In this document: piece after piece, positions 11,270 through 21,140 of the stretch
Position numbering within the stretch: position 1 is the stretch's first letter
Layout: each line of letters opens with the position of its first letter
Virus record (IMG/VR): IMGVR_UViG_3300021442_000250
Location: 24,031 to 88,030 of that record
Origin: a virus
Taxonomy: Duplodnaviria > Caudoviricetes
Strand: one strand, 5' to 3'
DNA: 64,000 bases
Position numbers and translations under genes: made by a program
The notes under the pieces: generated by a model
What the model was told of the DNA's origin: nothing
Database searches by the model: none
What the model saw: the letters and a program-made list of their open reading frames with translations, nothing else

Positions 11270-12250
11270 ATGCCAGCAACAAGTCTAAGAGGATTATTGG
11301 GAACTAAACAAGACACGTTTGTCGCGTTCGGTGAAGAAAATCTTGAGAAAGGCAGAATATATGTTTACACTCAAGGAGCAAACTATTCGAGATTATGGTG
11401 CGGATTTTGTTTTCACCCAGGAGTGGCAGGAACGGCTACGATAGAAGTTTGGGGAGCTGGCGGTAGTGGCGCAAAAATGTGCTGTTGCGGTTTTGGCTTA
11501 CCAGGTAATTCTGCGGCATACGCCAAAAGAACTATATCATTAGCGGCTAATGGTTATGTTTGCGGATGTACTGGTCAATCATGTGGTAATGGAGATACAT
11601 TATGTCACAGAGGTTGCTCTGAACCAACTTTCATGAATATTTCCAAAGATGGCACAGCAGGTGGATGTACTTGTATTTGTGCTCAAGGTGGAGCAGGTGG
11701 AGTTTCTTATTGTTCTACAAACGAATCATTTTATTGTTGTTATAAAGCAAACGGTTTTTGTATTACAAAAACTGAAAACGATCACTGCGGTATTGTATGT
11801 AATATGTGTGATGGAAAACATATAGCTTCGGCATATTGCGGAAATGTAATGTGTCCAGGAAGAACTTCTTGTGTATCAGCATTTGGCTGTCACCCAAGTT
11901 GTCCTTGTCAATTTACTTGGCACAATCCAACTCCAGCAGGAATGTTTAGTGAAGACGGAGCATATATTACTTACAATACAGAAAATGGTAATGGATTTTC
12001 AGAATGGTCAGGCAACGGAGGTCACCAATTAGAAGCGGCACTAGGTGCTGGAAGATTTCCAACTGGTGGAATACCTTGGTCAACTTGCTGGGGAGCAAGT
12101 AAGGCTTGTAACTGTTATGAAGCAGATCCATGTATACCACACGTTCCAGTAGGAATGGGAGGTCACGGACCAATGCCTTGTGATGGAGTAAGAGATCACG
12201 GTAACAGAGGTGGCCATGGTGGAGTTAGAATTAAATGGATAACAGCATAG
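11270..12250 (+). CDS. Cys-rich Gly-rich-domain tail protein, paralogue 1
   Basis: IEVWGAGGSG, MCCCG, C-terminal GGHGGVRIKW; about 31 Cys in 326 aa by hand count. Confidence 0.6.
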   Translation: MPATSLRGLLGTKQDTFVAFGEENLEKGRIYVYTQGANYSRLWCGFCFHPGVAGTATIEVWGAGGSGAKMCCCGFGLPGNSAAYAKRTISLAANGYVCGCTGQSCGNGDTLCHRGCSEPTFMNISKDGTAGGCTCICAQGGAGGVSYCSTNESFYCCYKANGFCITKTENDHCGIVCNMCDGKHIASAYCGNVMCPGRTSCVSAFGCHPSCPCQFTWHNPTPAGMFSEDGAYITYNTENGNGFSEWSGNGGHQLEAALGAGRFPTGGIPWSTCWGASKACNCYEADPCIPHVPVGMGGHGPMPCDGVRDHGNRGGHGGVRIKWITA

Positions 12251-12258
12251 GATAAATT

Positions 12259-13263
12259 ATGGCATCATTAACAACATTATTGCAAACAAAATATGATGGG
12301 ATAGCGGCTGGAGAAACTAACCTGGAAAAAGGTACAATTTATACTTTTTATCCTGCCAACGATTATACAAACTTCCAATGTCACATATGTTGGAAACCAC
12401 CTGCCAACGGTACAGCACAATTAGAAGTGTGGGGAGCGGCTGGATCAGGTGCAGAAATGTGTTGTTGCGGTGGAGGATTACCAGGTAACCCAGGCGGTTA
12501 TGCTAAAAAACAACTAGCGGCTTTTGGTGCAAGTTGGACAGATTGTTTTGTTTGTTCAGTTATTGGTTTATCATGCGGTAACTCAGATACTTTAAGTCAC
12601 AGAGGACGTTCAGAACCAACTCAAGTTTGTTGGTTTGCCAACGACGCAGATGGATGTATTTGTTCTGAAGGTGGACAAGGAGGATGTTCTATTTGTTCTA
12701 CTGGTAATGCATTGTATTGTTGTTTTGTAGCACAAAATTATTGTCATACACAAGGTGGAAGCACTTATTGTGGAATAATTTGTAATTATAGAGATGATGG
12801 TGGAAACAGTTATGACGGTGCAGATTATTGTGCATTTGCTTATGGCGGAGATGTAAACTGTTATGGTGGATTTAGTTGTCATTACTTTAGAGGATGTCAA
12901 CCAAACTGTAACTGTAGATATATTACAGTAATTAAAGTTCCACCTGGAATGGTTTCAGAGTGCGGTGGAGAAGTTCAGTACGCACAAGATGAAGATAGTG
13001 AAAAAGTTTATCACTCAGGTTCAGGCGGAATTATGGGAGTTATGGAACCACTTAATTTAATGACAAGACAACCAACTCAAGGTTCACCTTATAATGCTTG
13101 TTGGACAGGTAATGACTCTTGTGGTTGTTATGATTTCCAAGGATGTACTCACTTCTTTCCAGGAGGAATACCAGGACAAGGACCAACACCGTGCGATGGA
13201 TATAGAGATCACGCATGGAGAGGTGGAAACGGAATATTAAGGATTAAATTTATAGCTTCATAA
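12259..13263 (+). CDS. Cys-rich Gly-rich-domain tail protein, paralogue 2
   Basis: LEVWGAAGSG, MCCCG, GGNGILRIKF; about 30 Cys in 334 aa. Confidence 0.6.
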   Translation: MASLTTLLQTKYDGIAAGETNLEKGTIYTFYPANDYTNFQCHICWKPPANGTAQLEVWGAAGSGAEMCCCGGGLPGNPGGYAKKQLAAFGASWTDCFVCSVIGLSCGNSDTLSHRGRSEPTQVCWFANDADGCICSEGGQGGCSICSTGNALYCCFVAQNYCHTQGGSTYCGIICNYRDDGGNSYDGADYCAFAYGGDVNCYGGFSCHYFRGCQPNCNCRYITVIKVPPGMVSECGGEVQYAQDEDSEKVYHSGSGGIMGVMEPLNLMTRQPTQGSPYNACWTGNDSCGCYDFQGCTHFFPGGIPGQGPTPCDGYRDHAWRGGNGILRIKFIAS

Positions 13264-13278
13264 GGAGTAAATAGTATT

Positions 13279-14250
13279 ATGGCATCATTAAAATCAATAT
13301 TGACAACAAGACAACCGGCAAGTATGTCAGAAGATAACCTAGAAAAAGGTTACATTTATGCATATTCTCCGGGTACTCAGTTTGCCAATTTTTGTAATGG
13401 TGTTTGTTGGACAGCCCTTGCAGATGGAAAAGCTATTATAGAAATTTGGGGAGCTGGTGGATCTGGTTCTCGTATGTGTTGTTGCGGAGATGGATTACCA
13501 GGTAATGCAGGAGCATATTCTAAAAAAACAATTCAAGTTAATCAAGGTGATACGTTGACAGGTACTTTAGGAATGGCTTGTAATGCTCACCCACTATGTC
13601 ACGTAGGATGTAGTGATCCAACTCAAATATGTTATATAACAACTACTGCAAGTACGCATGGTTGTATGTGTGCAAGAGGTGGATATGGTGGAAAATCTAT
13701 GTGTACAACTGGTACATCTTTCTACTGTTGTTACAATGCAGAAGGTTTTTGTACTGTAAGATGTAACAATGATAATTGTGGAATGACTTGTAACTGGTGT
13801 AATGGTGCATGGGAAGCCTTAGCATATGGTGGAGATATAAATTGTTGTGGAGAAATTGGCTGTACTAGTTGGTTCGGCTGTTGCCCTCACTGTAAATGTT
13901 TCTTCCAAAGACACGCTCCTGTACCTTCAGGACTTTTTGCAGAAAATGGAGCATTAATTACGTTCCAAACAGAATCAGATGGAACACCTATGTCGCAATG
14001 GTCAGGTAACCAATTATTCCAATATTATGCGGCTCTTAATTTGGCTACTAAATCACCAAGACAAGGTAACCCAAGATCTTATTGTTGGAGATCAGACAGA
14101 TCTTGCGGTTGTTATGAATCACAAGGATGTGCTAATTTCTTACCAACAGGATCAGGTGGACTACCACCAAATGCTTGTCCAGAAGTTAGAGACCATGGAA
14201 TCCGTGGAGGACACGGAGGAGTTAGAATTAAGTTTATAGCTTCGGCATAA
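13279..14250 (+). CDS. Cys-rich Gly-rich-domain tail protein, paralogue 3
   Basis: IEIWGAGGSG, MCCCG, GGHGGVRIKF; about 31 Cys in 323 aa. Confidence 0.6.
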   Translation: MASLKSILTTRQPASMSEDNLEKGYIYAYSPGTQFANFCNGVCWTALADGKAIIEIWGAGGSGSRMCCCGDGLPGNAGAYSKKTIQVNQGDTLTGTLGMACNAHPLCHVGCSDPTQICYITTTASTHGCMCARGGYGGKSMCTTGTSFYCCYNAEGFCTVRCNNDNCGMTCNWCNGAWEALAYGGDINCCGEIGCTSWFGCCPHCKCFFQRHAPVPSGLFAENGALITFQTESDGTPMSQWSGNQLFQYYAALNLATKSPRQGNPRSYCWRSDRSCGCYESQGCANFLPTGSGGLPPNACPEVRDHGIRGGHGGVRIKFIASA

Positions 14251-14296
14251 TAATTGCAGGAGTAGGATAAATAGTTAAAACAAAGGAACAAAGATT

Positions 14297-14950
14297 ATGA
14301 TAACAACAGCGTTTAACATAGCATTACCAAATAAACCATACGTGGACAACTTTTCAGATAATACTGTTCATGGTTCAAATTATGTTGGTTTTAAATTTAT
14401 TAAAGTAATAGTAGATGCTAATGGCTGGGTAGTAAATGCAGTTTCAGAAGCTGATACTATGGATGAAATAAACGCTCAAGCTAGTCCAGTTCCAGCAGGT
14501 TGCAGTGCAGTTGTAGTAGACGGTTCAGCAAATCCTTTTGAAGCGGCTTTTATTACAGGAAGATATACAACTGGTGCAGTTGCGGCTTATGAAGAATCAT
14601 TAGGAACAAATGATGCTAACGGTGACCCAGAAGTTTGGACATATACTTGGGGAGAAGATGGCGTTTTAAACCAAATTTATTTACATGGTACATTGAAATA
14701 CGTAGACGGGGCTTTCGTTGCGCCACAAATGAGAACACACGCACTAACTAGACAAATGTTCTTAGATTCATTAGCACCTATGTCACAAGGTTTAACAGAC
14801 GCTCTTACGGCAGATGATGCAAATACTGTTTATACAGCGGCTGAAAGACAAGCAATTGTTGATCATAAAACATACGTAGACAATATTTCTACAAAATATG
14901 CGGCAGTTGACCATTGGAAGATTCCATTCTTACCAATGCCTAAAATATAA
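14297..14950 (+). CDS. Putative tail fibre assembly chaperone-like protein
   Basis: Follows the fibre-like genes; C-terminal helix then HWKIPFLPMP resembles the Tfa-type W/FPxxP ending. Confidence 0.4.
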   Translation: MITTAFNIALPNKPYVDNFSDNTVHGSNYVGFKFIKVIVDANGWVVNAVSEADTMDEINAQASPVPAGCSAVVVDGSANPFEAAFITGRYTTGAVAAYEESLGTNDANGDPEVWTYTWGEDGVLNQIYLHGTLKYVDGAFVAPQMRTHALTRQMFLDSLAPMSQGLTDALTADDANTVYTAAERQAIVDHKTYVDNISTKYAAVDHWKIPFLPMPKI

Positions 14951-15032
14951 TAAACTAATACTTTTCAAATTATAACTCAAGAATTTTAGGTTACACTATT
15001 GGTACCTAATAAGTAATAGTGTTAATCTAACT

Positions 15033-16010
15033 ATGACTGAAAATAATCCTATAACAAGACCAAAAGCATTTTTTTTAAATGGGGGAATGGGTAGAATTAT
15101 CTGTGCTATTCCGGCCCTTGAAAAATACTATGAAGAATCTATCGACAAAGATTTTATAATAGTAGTAGAAGGTATTCAAAATATTTTAGATGGTCATCCT
15201 ACATTAGATTCTAAAACATTTGACTATGGTCATAAAAATTTATTCCACACTAAACTTGTAAAAATGGATGTGGTAAGTTTAGAACCATATAGAATATGGG
15301 AATATTATAATCAAAAATGTAATATAACTCAAGCGTTTGATATTTTAATTAATAATAAAGGTGTTAGAGAATTACCTAAACCTACAATTAATTTAAGTCA
15401 AGAAGAATTACTTGCAGGAAAAAAAGCAGTTAAAGATATTAAAGATAAACTTAAAAAAGAAAAAGTAATTGTTTTACAACCTTTTGGACGAGGGATTCAA
15501 CAAATAGACAATAGTTTTGTAGATAAAACTTGTCGAAGTATGGAATTTAAAAATATAAAAAACTTAATAAGAAAATTACAAGCAGAAGATTATGCAATTA
15601 TATTAATGGCAGAATTTGGAATTGATTTAAAAGGTGAAAAATATCCAGATGAAATAGCAATGCCTGAAGGAATTGACTTAAGAAAATGGTTAGCAATTAT
15701 AAAAAATAGTGATCATTTTTTAGGTTGTGATAGTGTAGGTCAACATTTAGCCTATATAGGTGAAACAGATGCAACAGTAGTAACTGGTGCAACGTTCCCA
15801 GTTAATACATCATATCCTAAAACAAAAGGAATTAATATTATAGATATGGGACAAATAGATAGAGAATATGATCCAATAAGAATAACAAACGATGAACAAG
15901 TTAGTAGACATAATGAAAAATTAATGTGGATGACAGATGAAGTAGAAAATTATATTATAAATGTTGTATTAGGAAAACAAAAAATTGACGAGGAAGATAA
16001 AGATGAGTAA
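15033..16010 (+). CDS. GT9-like (ADP-heptose heptosyltransferase-type, GT-B) glycosyltransferase
   Basis: N-terminal GGMGRIICAIPAL (cf. GT9 GD...PAL); HFLGCDSVGQHLA (cf. GT9 G.DSG..HLA). Confidence 0.6.
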   Translation: MTENNPITRPKAFFLNGGMGRIICAIPALEKYYEESIDKDFIIVVEGIQNILDGHPTLDSKTFDYGHKNLFHTKLVKMDVVSLEPYRIWEYYNQKCNITQAFDILINNKGVRELPKPTINLSQEELLAGKKAVKDIKDKLKKEKVIVLQPFGRGIQQIDNSFVDKTCRSMEFKNIKNLIRKLQAEDYAIILMAEFGIDLKGEKYPDEIAMPEGIDLRKWLAIIKNSDHFLGCDSVGQHLAYIGETDATVVTGATFPVNTSYPKTKGINIIDMGQIDREYDPIRITNDEQVSRHNEKLMWMTDEVENYIINVVLGKQKIDEEDKDE

Positions 16011-17814
16011 ATCAGGTTATATTGCGGCAATAGCCAGAGGACATAATGCAGGTATATGTCTATTAAAAGATGGAGAAATTGTTTTTGCAATAGAAGAAGA
16101 AAGATTATCTAGACACAAATACGATGGTGGTCCATATCGTTCAATGATGGAAATATTAAAATATACGGACAAAATAGATTATCTAGTTGTAGCTCATACA
16201 CAACCATTAGATGATCCTACTACTGGTAAAGTTGATTATACTCATGATGATGTATACACAGGGTTAGCAAGAAAATTAGGTTTAATAGATAGAAAAGCAG
16301 ATTTACAACAACACCCACAAGTAATTGACCTAAGTCATATCCATCATAAGTTACACGCCGGTTGTGCTTTTTATAGATCAGGATTTGATAAAGCCTGTTC
16401 AGTTATTGTTGATGGAGCAGGAACTTTTATGCCTGTTAATAATCAACTTACAGGAGATTTATGGATGTTTGAAATTGAATCTATTTTTGATTGCTCATAT
16501 CCTAATAATATAACAACTGTATGGAAACATTACGGTACTGGTTCTGCATCTCCAGGAGCATTTATAAAAAAACATCCTTCAGATAAAATGGGAGAACCAG
16601 GTAAAACTCATGAATGTTTATTTTCAGATGTAGCAGGAATTGTTAAAGTTTATGAAGCAATTACTCAATACTGTGGATTCTCTGCCATTGAAGCAGGAAA
16701 AACAATGGGATTATTTCCTTATGGAAAAGCTAATGATAGAATTCCTCCATTATTTCATGATGAAGTAAAATATATGTCTTTGTCTAATAGACATTTAATA
16801 ATTCCTACATATCCTAATGCGGCAATAGTAAATGAAGGCATTTATGATTACTTAGATGATACACCTGCAGATTGTCCTGATGTTACTAAACTAGATAATA
16901 GAAGAGATTTAGCATATTCTTGTCAAACAGAAACTCAAGCAGAAGTTTTAAAATTAATTTATAAAGCTGTAGAAATGACAGGTCAAAAAAATGTTGTATT
17001 ATCTGGTGGATATGGATTAAATTGTGTAGCAAATTATTGGTATCTTGAGTCTTTAAGAAAAGATGGAATTAATTTATTTGTTGAACCAGTATCAAATGAC
17101 GCCGGAACAGCCATTGGAGCGGCTCTTTTATTTTATTATGGTATAACAGAAGATATGACAAAAAGACCACTTACTACATTATGTCAAGGTCTAGAAAGAA
17201 AATATACATTAGAAGAAATAGAAAAATTAGCAAATAAATCAGGCATTGAATTAATGGACGCAAATGATAAAGATGTAGTTAAATTAATGATAGAAAAAAA
17301 TATTATTTCTATGTTTCAAGGAAAATCAGAAAGTGGTCCAAGGGCATTAGGTAACAGAAGTATTTTATTTGATCCTACATTTAAAGATGGTAAAGATTTT
17401 GTTAATATAGTTAAACGTAGAGAATATTTTAGACCTTTTGCAGGATCTATATTACATGAACACGTACACGAATGGTTTGATTTAAGAGGAATGGAAGAAA
17501 GTCCTTATATGATGTATGCTGTAAATTGTCAAGAAGGAATAGCAGAAAAAATTCCTAGTATTATACACGTAGATGGTACTTGTAGAATACAAACAGTTAA
17601 AGAAGAACAAAATCCATTGTATTATAAATTAATTAAAGAGTTTTATAATCAAACAAAAATACCAATTGTGTTTAATACGTCATTTAATTTGGCTGGAGAA
17701 CCACTTGTAGAAACATTAGAAGACGCTATATGGACTCTTGAAGAATCTCTTTTAGAATATTTGTATCTTCCAGAATATGGAAAAATGTTAAAGGTGAAAA
17801 ATGTCAAGAAATAG
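16003..17814 (+). CDS. Carbamoyltransferase (NodU/CmcH/TobZ family)
   Basis: EEERLSRHK, HHKLHA, VDGAG, GKTMGL, SGGYGLNCVAN, DAGTAIGAA, GPRALGNRS, KRREYFRPFA, HVDGTCRIQT, NTSFN; ATG at 16003 preferred over TTG at 15985. Confidence 0.93.
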   Translation: MSKSGYIAAIARGHNAGICLLKDGEIVFAIEEERLSRHKYDGGPYRSMMEILKYTDKIDYLVVAHTQPLDDPTTGKVDYTHDDVYTGLARKLGLIDRKADLQQHPQVIDLSHIHHKLHAGCAFYRSGFDKACSVIVDGAGTFMPVNNQLTGDLWMFEIESIFDCSYPNNITTVWKHYGTGSASPGAFIKKHPSDKMGEPGKTHECLFSDVAGIVKVYEAITQYCGFSAIEAGKTMGLFPYGKANDRIPPLFHDEVKYMSLSNRHLIIPTYPNAAIVNEGIYDYLDDTPADCPDVTKLDNRRDLAYSCQTETQAEVLKLIYKAVEMTGQKNVVLSGGYGLNCVANYWYLESLRKDGINLFVEPVSNDAGTAIGAALLFYYGITEDMTKRPLTTLCQGLERKYTLEEIEKLANKSGIELMDANDKDVVKLMIEKNIISMFQGKSESGPRALGNRSILFDPTFKDGKDFVNIVKRREYFRPFAGSILHEHVHEWFDLRGMEESPYMMYAVNCQEGIAEKIPSIIHVDGTCRIQTVKEEQNPLYYKLIKEFYNQTKIPIVFNTSFNLAGEPLVETLEDAIWTLEESLLEYLYLPEYGKMLKVKNVKK

Positions 17815-18748
17815 TGCTATCTTTTTAAATGGTGGAGCAGGAAGAATGATTAGTTCTATACCTGCATTAGAAAATTTTGCAAAAGAAAATCCCAATGATG
17901 ATTTTGTAATAATTTGTGAAGGCGGTACGGATGTTTTAAAAGGTCATCCAACATTATATTATAAAACATATGACAATTGGCATAAAGGACTTTTTAAAGA
18001 ATTAATAAAAGATAGAAATTGTATTAATCCTGAGCCATATAGAGTATGGGAATACTACACTCAAAAGTGTAGTCTTGCTCAAGCATATGATATTGCAATT
18101 AATAATAAAGGTATAAGAGAATTAAAAAAACCTACAATAAAATTAAGCAAAGATGAATTATTATATGCTCGAAAAATGTTATCAGAAGTAAAAGAAAAAT
18201 GCAAAAAAGACAAATTAATTGTTATTCAACCCTTTGGAAGAGGTGTTAGAAAAGAAGATAAAGACATAGTTGACATTACAGGTAGAAGTATGGAAACTAA
18301 AAATCTTTATAATATAGTAAGAAAGTTATCTAAAAAATATGCTGTAATGATTATGACTGAAACACCATTAGAATTTAATAAGCATATGTCAGCACCAGTG
18401 GCTACGCCACAAAATGTACATATAAGAATATGGATGGGTGTAATTAAACAATGTGATCACTTTTTAGGTTGTGATAGTGTAGGGCAACATATGGCTTATG
18501 TTTTCGACACAACTACAACATCAGTAATAGGATCTACATTTCCTATTAATGTATCATTCCCAAACAATGAAAAATTCAATATTATTGATTTAGGTAAAGA
18601 AGATCGTGTTTATAGTCCTATAAGAGTTACCGTAGATGAGTTCTCAGACCGTATAAATGAGGGTATTATGGAGATGGATGACCAACAAGAGCAACAAGTT
18701 ATTGCATCAGTCAATAGAATGATAAAACACGGTAAAAATACCCAATAA
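17801..18748 (+). CDS. GT9-like glycosyltransferase, paralogue of 15033..16010
   Basis: FLNGGAGRMISSIPAL, EPYRVWEYY, QPFGRG, HFLGCDSVGQH shared with the upstream paralogue. Confidence 0.6.
   Translation: MSRNSAIFLNGGAGRMISSIPALENFAKENPNDDFVIICEGGTDVLKGHPTLYYKTYDNWHKGLFKELIKDRNCINPEPYRVWEYYTQKCSLAQAYDIAINNKGIRELKKPTIKLSKDELLYARKMLSEVKEKCKKDKLIVIQPFGRGVRKEDKDIVDITGRSMETKNLYNIVRKLSKKYAVMIMTETPLEFNKHMSAPVATPQNVHIRIWMGVIKQCDHFLGCDSVGQHMAYVFDTTTTSVIGSTFPINVSFPNNEKFNIIDLGKEDRVYSPIRVTVDEFSDRINEGIMEMDDQQEQQVIASVNRMIKHGKNTQ
18356..18416 (+). repeat. 61-nt dispersed repeat, copy 1 (inside GT9-like gene)
   Basis: 57/61 identical to 56590-56650. Confidence 0.95.
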
Positions 18749-18814
18749 GCCCAATATCTACAGAAACTCTATCCTAATAAAATTGGTAAATACACTTAAA
18801 GAAGGAATCTTTAT

Positions 18815-19237
18815 ATGTTTGATGTATCAAAACTCTTTGGAAAAGGCGATAAAAATACGCTATTAATGAAAAATGGATTAAATTTTTCATACAATGGCCC
18901 ATCTGCCACTGTAGAAGAAGGATTAGTTTTAGACAGATTTCACCTTGCAACTTTTTGTTCTGCAGAATATACAATATCTATAGACTATGATACTAATAAT
19001 AAAGAAATTATTAGAGCATTAGTAGTAGGTGCTCCATTAAATAGTTCTGTTACAATTTACGGTAGATCAAATTTGGGAAATAATTTAGTAAAATTAACTA
19101 GTACAGTTACTGATTCTTTTGTAGAATTAAAACTAGATCCAGAAAATAAAACAGCAACAACAAAATATAACGGTTCAAAAGCTATCTTTAAGGCAACATA
19201 TTTTCAAACAATGAATGCTTTATTAGGTGGTGTATAA
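18815..19237 (+). CDS. Hypothetical virion protein
   Basis: ORF with Shine-Dalgarno and late promoter; D.F...F.SAEY motif seen in phage tail proteins. Confidence 0.45.
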   Translation: MFDVSKLFGKGDKNTLLMKNGLNFSYNGPSATVEEGLVLDRFHLATFCSAEYTISIDYDTNNKEIIRALVVGAPLNSSVTIYGRSNLGNNLVKLTSTVTDSFVELKLDPENKTATTKYNGSKAIFKATYFQTMNALLGGV

Positions 19238-19276
19238 TATGAAATTAAATTTTGATAAATATAGAGTATAGATAAA

Positions 19277-21133
19277 ATGGCAGTAAATTATAAACAGTTT
19301 GAAGCAAACTACGGATTTAAAAGCCCAGGATTTACGGTTGATAATCTTGGTAATGTATCTGTTAGAACAATTACTAATACATATACTCCGACTGCATCTG
19401 ATTCCATAGATTATACAGTTACAGAACAAACCAATAATTTTTCTATTGTAGATAAAGATAGTAATAATTTAGGATCAAACCCAGCTCTTGATTTAAAAAG
19501 AGGTACAACTTATGTTTTTGACCTTAATACTACATCTATTACATGGAATATTTTTTCACCAGATACAAATAATAATGCAGTTGCTGGAGTTTCTTATAGT
19601 ACTGGGTTATCGCATACTACAAGTATCAATGGACAAAACCTTGCAACTGATACATGGACAGTTGCACAAACTTGGCAACAAGAATCTTCATCTTATAGTA
19701 GACCTGTAACTGTTGTTGTTCCTAATACTACCGGAACACCATTACAAGGCAAACAAATTCCAGTAATTATAACTTTACACAATGCAAATCAATCGGCTGG
19801 AAATGCTATTACAAATTTAAATTATCTAACAGATAAAATTATAATTGCTCCTCAGGGTTACAGTAAAGAATGGAATACAGGATATACTACTACTAAAGCA
19901 GATGATATAGCATACCTTGATGCAATAATAGATAAGTTAGCGGATTATGACAATGTAGATTTAAGAGAAATTTCAATTCATGGTAAAGGACTTGGTGGAC
20001 AAATGGCACACCAATACGCTTTACAAACAACAAAAACAAATATTAAAAATGTAATCATTGAATCAGCATTATTCAATGAAGACCAATACAGAGAAAATAC
20101 AGGTATTTTTTACAAAATGGCTTTAGCTAATTTAGGAGATTCAACAGCAGTTTCTTGGGCACCAGTAACGCCTTTATCTAAAGCAAAAGTTATAATGTTT
20201 CATGGTGAAGAAGATTTAGCATATCCATTTAATGGTGGAGTTGTAGCTGGTCAAACTATTTTAACAGCGGCATCTACAATATATGGCTGGGCAAAAGCAA
20301 ATAGTACTATAGAAAATAAATTATTATCTGGTGTACTTCAATTAGATGGTTCTAATTTATATTCTTATAATTCAGGTAATGTGTCGCTATATGCTTATTC
20401 TAATGTAGCACAAACTTGGGAAGGAAGTGTATTAACAAGCGTTCAAACAAGAGTAAATGAGACAGCTACTCCTTCTTCATATGTAGATATTCCAACAGCT
20501 TCTACTGTAACTGGAGAAGATGCTTTAGCAAAATCTAAAGGACTTTTAAGTTTTGTAGTACCAATTGATGCTCCAGATAAACTATTTTATGGTGATGCAG
20601 ATAGAGTTCCTAGTGCGGCAATTAATATAACTAATCCTACAGTAACAGGAATTGGATCATTTAGTTCTATTCTTAATACAGGAAATTTAATAAGTTCAGG
20701 TGCAGATGCAATTATAACAATTAGTCCTACAGGTACTGGTACAGTAAATATTAATCCAGCTGGTGGTGGTACTATAAACAATGTAAATATTAATGCAACA
20801 AATTTAACAACATCTGGTGAAGTATCTATAACACCTAATTCAGATGTAACTATAAGCCCACAATTAAGTGGTACACTAACAGTAAACCCTTCAGCAACAG
20901 GATCTTTAAATAATGTGTCCGTTGGACAATCTGTTCCTAAAGCAGGAGCTTTTACTACTCTCATTTCGACGTCAGGAACGTTAAATAGTACTACAATTGG
21001 TACAACGACACCTGCCAATGCTGGATTTTTATCCGCAACGGGCGAAAGTACGCCTACAACAGGTAAACACTTGACCAATAAAACTTATGTAGACGCAACT
21101 AGTATGGCATATTCTATTGCGTTAGGGGTATAA
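19277..21133 (+). CDS. Tail-fibre-like protein with embedded degenerate alpha/beta-hydrolase (LpqC/PHB depolymerase-like) domain
   Basis: PVIITLH, IIIAPQGY, DDIAYLDAII, FHGEED hydrolase scaffold; ISP.GTG...INP fibre repeats; C-terminal NKTYVD...AYSIALG. Confidence 0.6.
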   Translation: MAVNYKQFEANYGFKSPGFTVDNLGNVSVRTITNTYTPTASDSIDYTVTEQTNNFSIVDKDSNNLGSNPALDLKRGTTYVFDLNTTSITWNIFSPDTNNNAVAGVSYSTGLSHTTSINGQNLATDTWTVAQTWQQESSSYSRPVTVVVPNTTGTPLQGKQIPVIITLHNANQSAGNAITNLNYLTDKIIIAPQGYSKEWNTGYTTTKADDIAYLDAIIDKLADYDNVDLREISIHGKGLGGQMAHQYALQTTKTNIKNVIIESALFNEDQYRENTGIFYKMALANLGDSTAVSWAPVTPLSKAKVIMFHGEEDLAYPFNGGVVAGQTILTAASTIYGWAKANSTIENKLLSGVLQLDGSNLYSYNSGNVSLYAYSNVAQTWEGSVLTSVQTRVNETATPSSYVDIPTASTVTGEDALAKSKGLLSFVVPIDAPDKLFYGDADRVPSAAINITNPTVTGIGSFSSILNTGNLISSGADAIITISPTGTGTVNINPAGGGTINNVNINATNLTTSGEVSITPNSDVTISPQLSGTLTVNPSATGSLNNVSVGQSVPKAGAFTTLISTSGTLNSTTIGTTTPANAGFLSATGESTPTTGKHLTNKTYVDATSMAYSIALGV

Positions 21134-21140
21134 AAATTAA

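Noticed and set aside
11270-14250. RiPP precursor or metallothionein cluster
   Set aside because: The proteins are over 320 aa with a Gly-rich tail-domain scaffold, and there is no radical SAM, YcaO, LanM or exporter gene nearby
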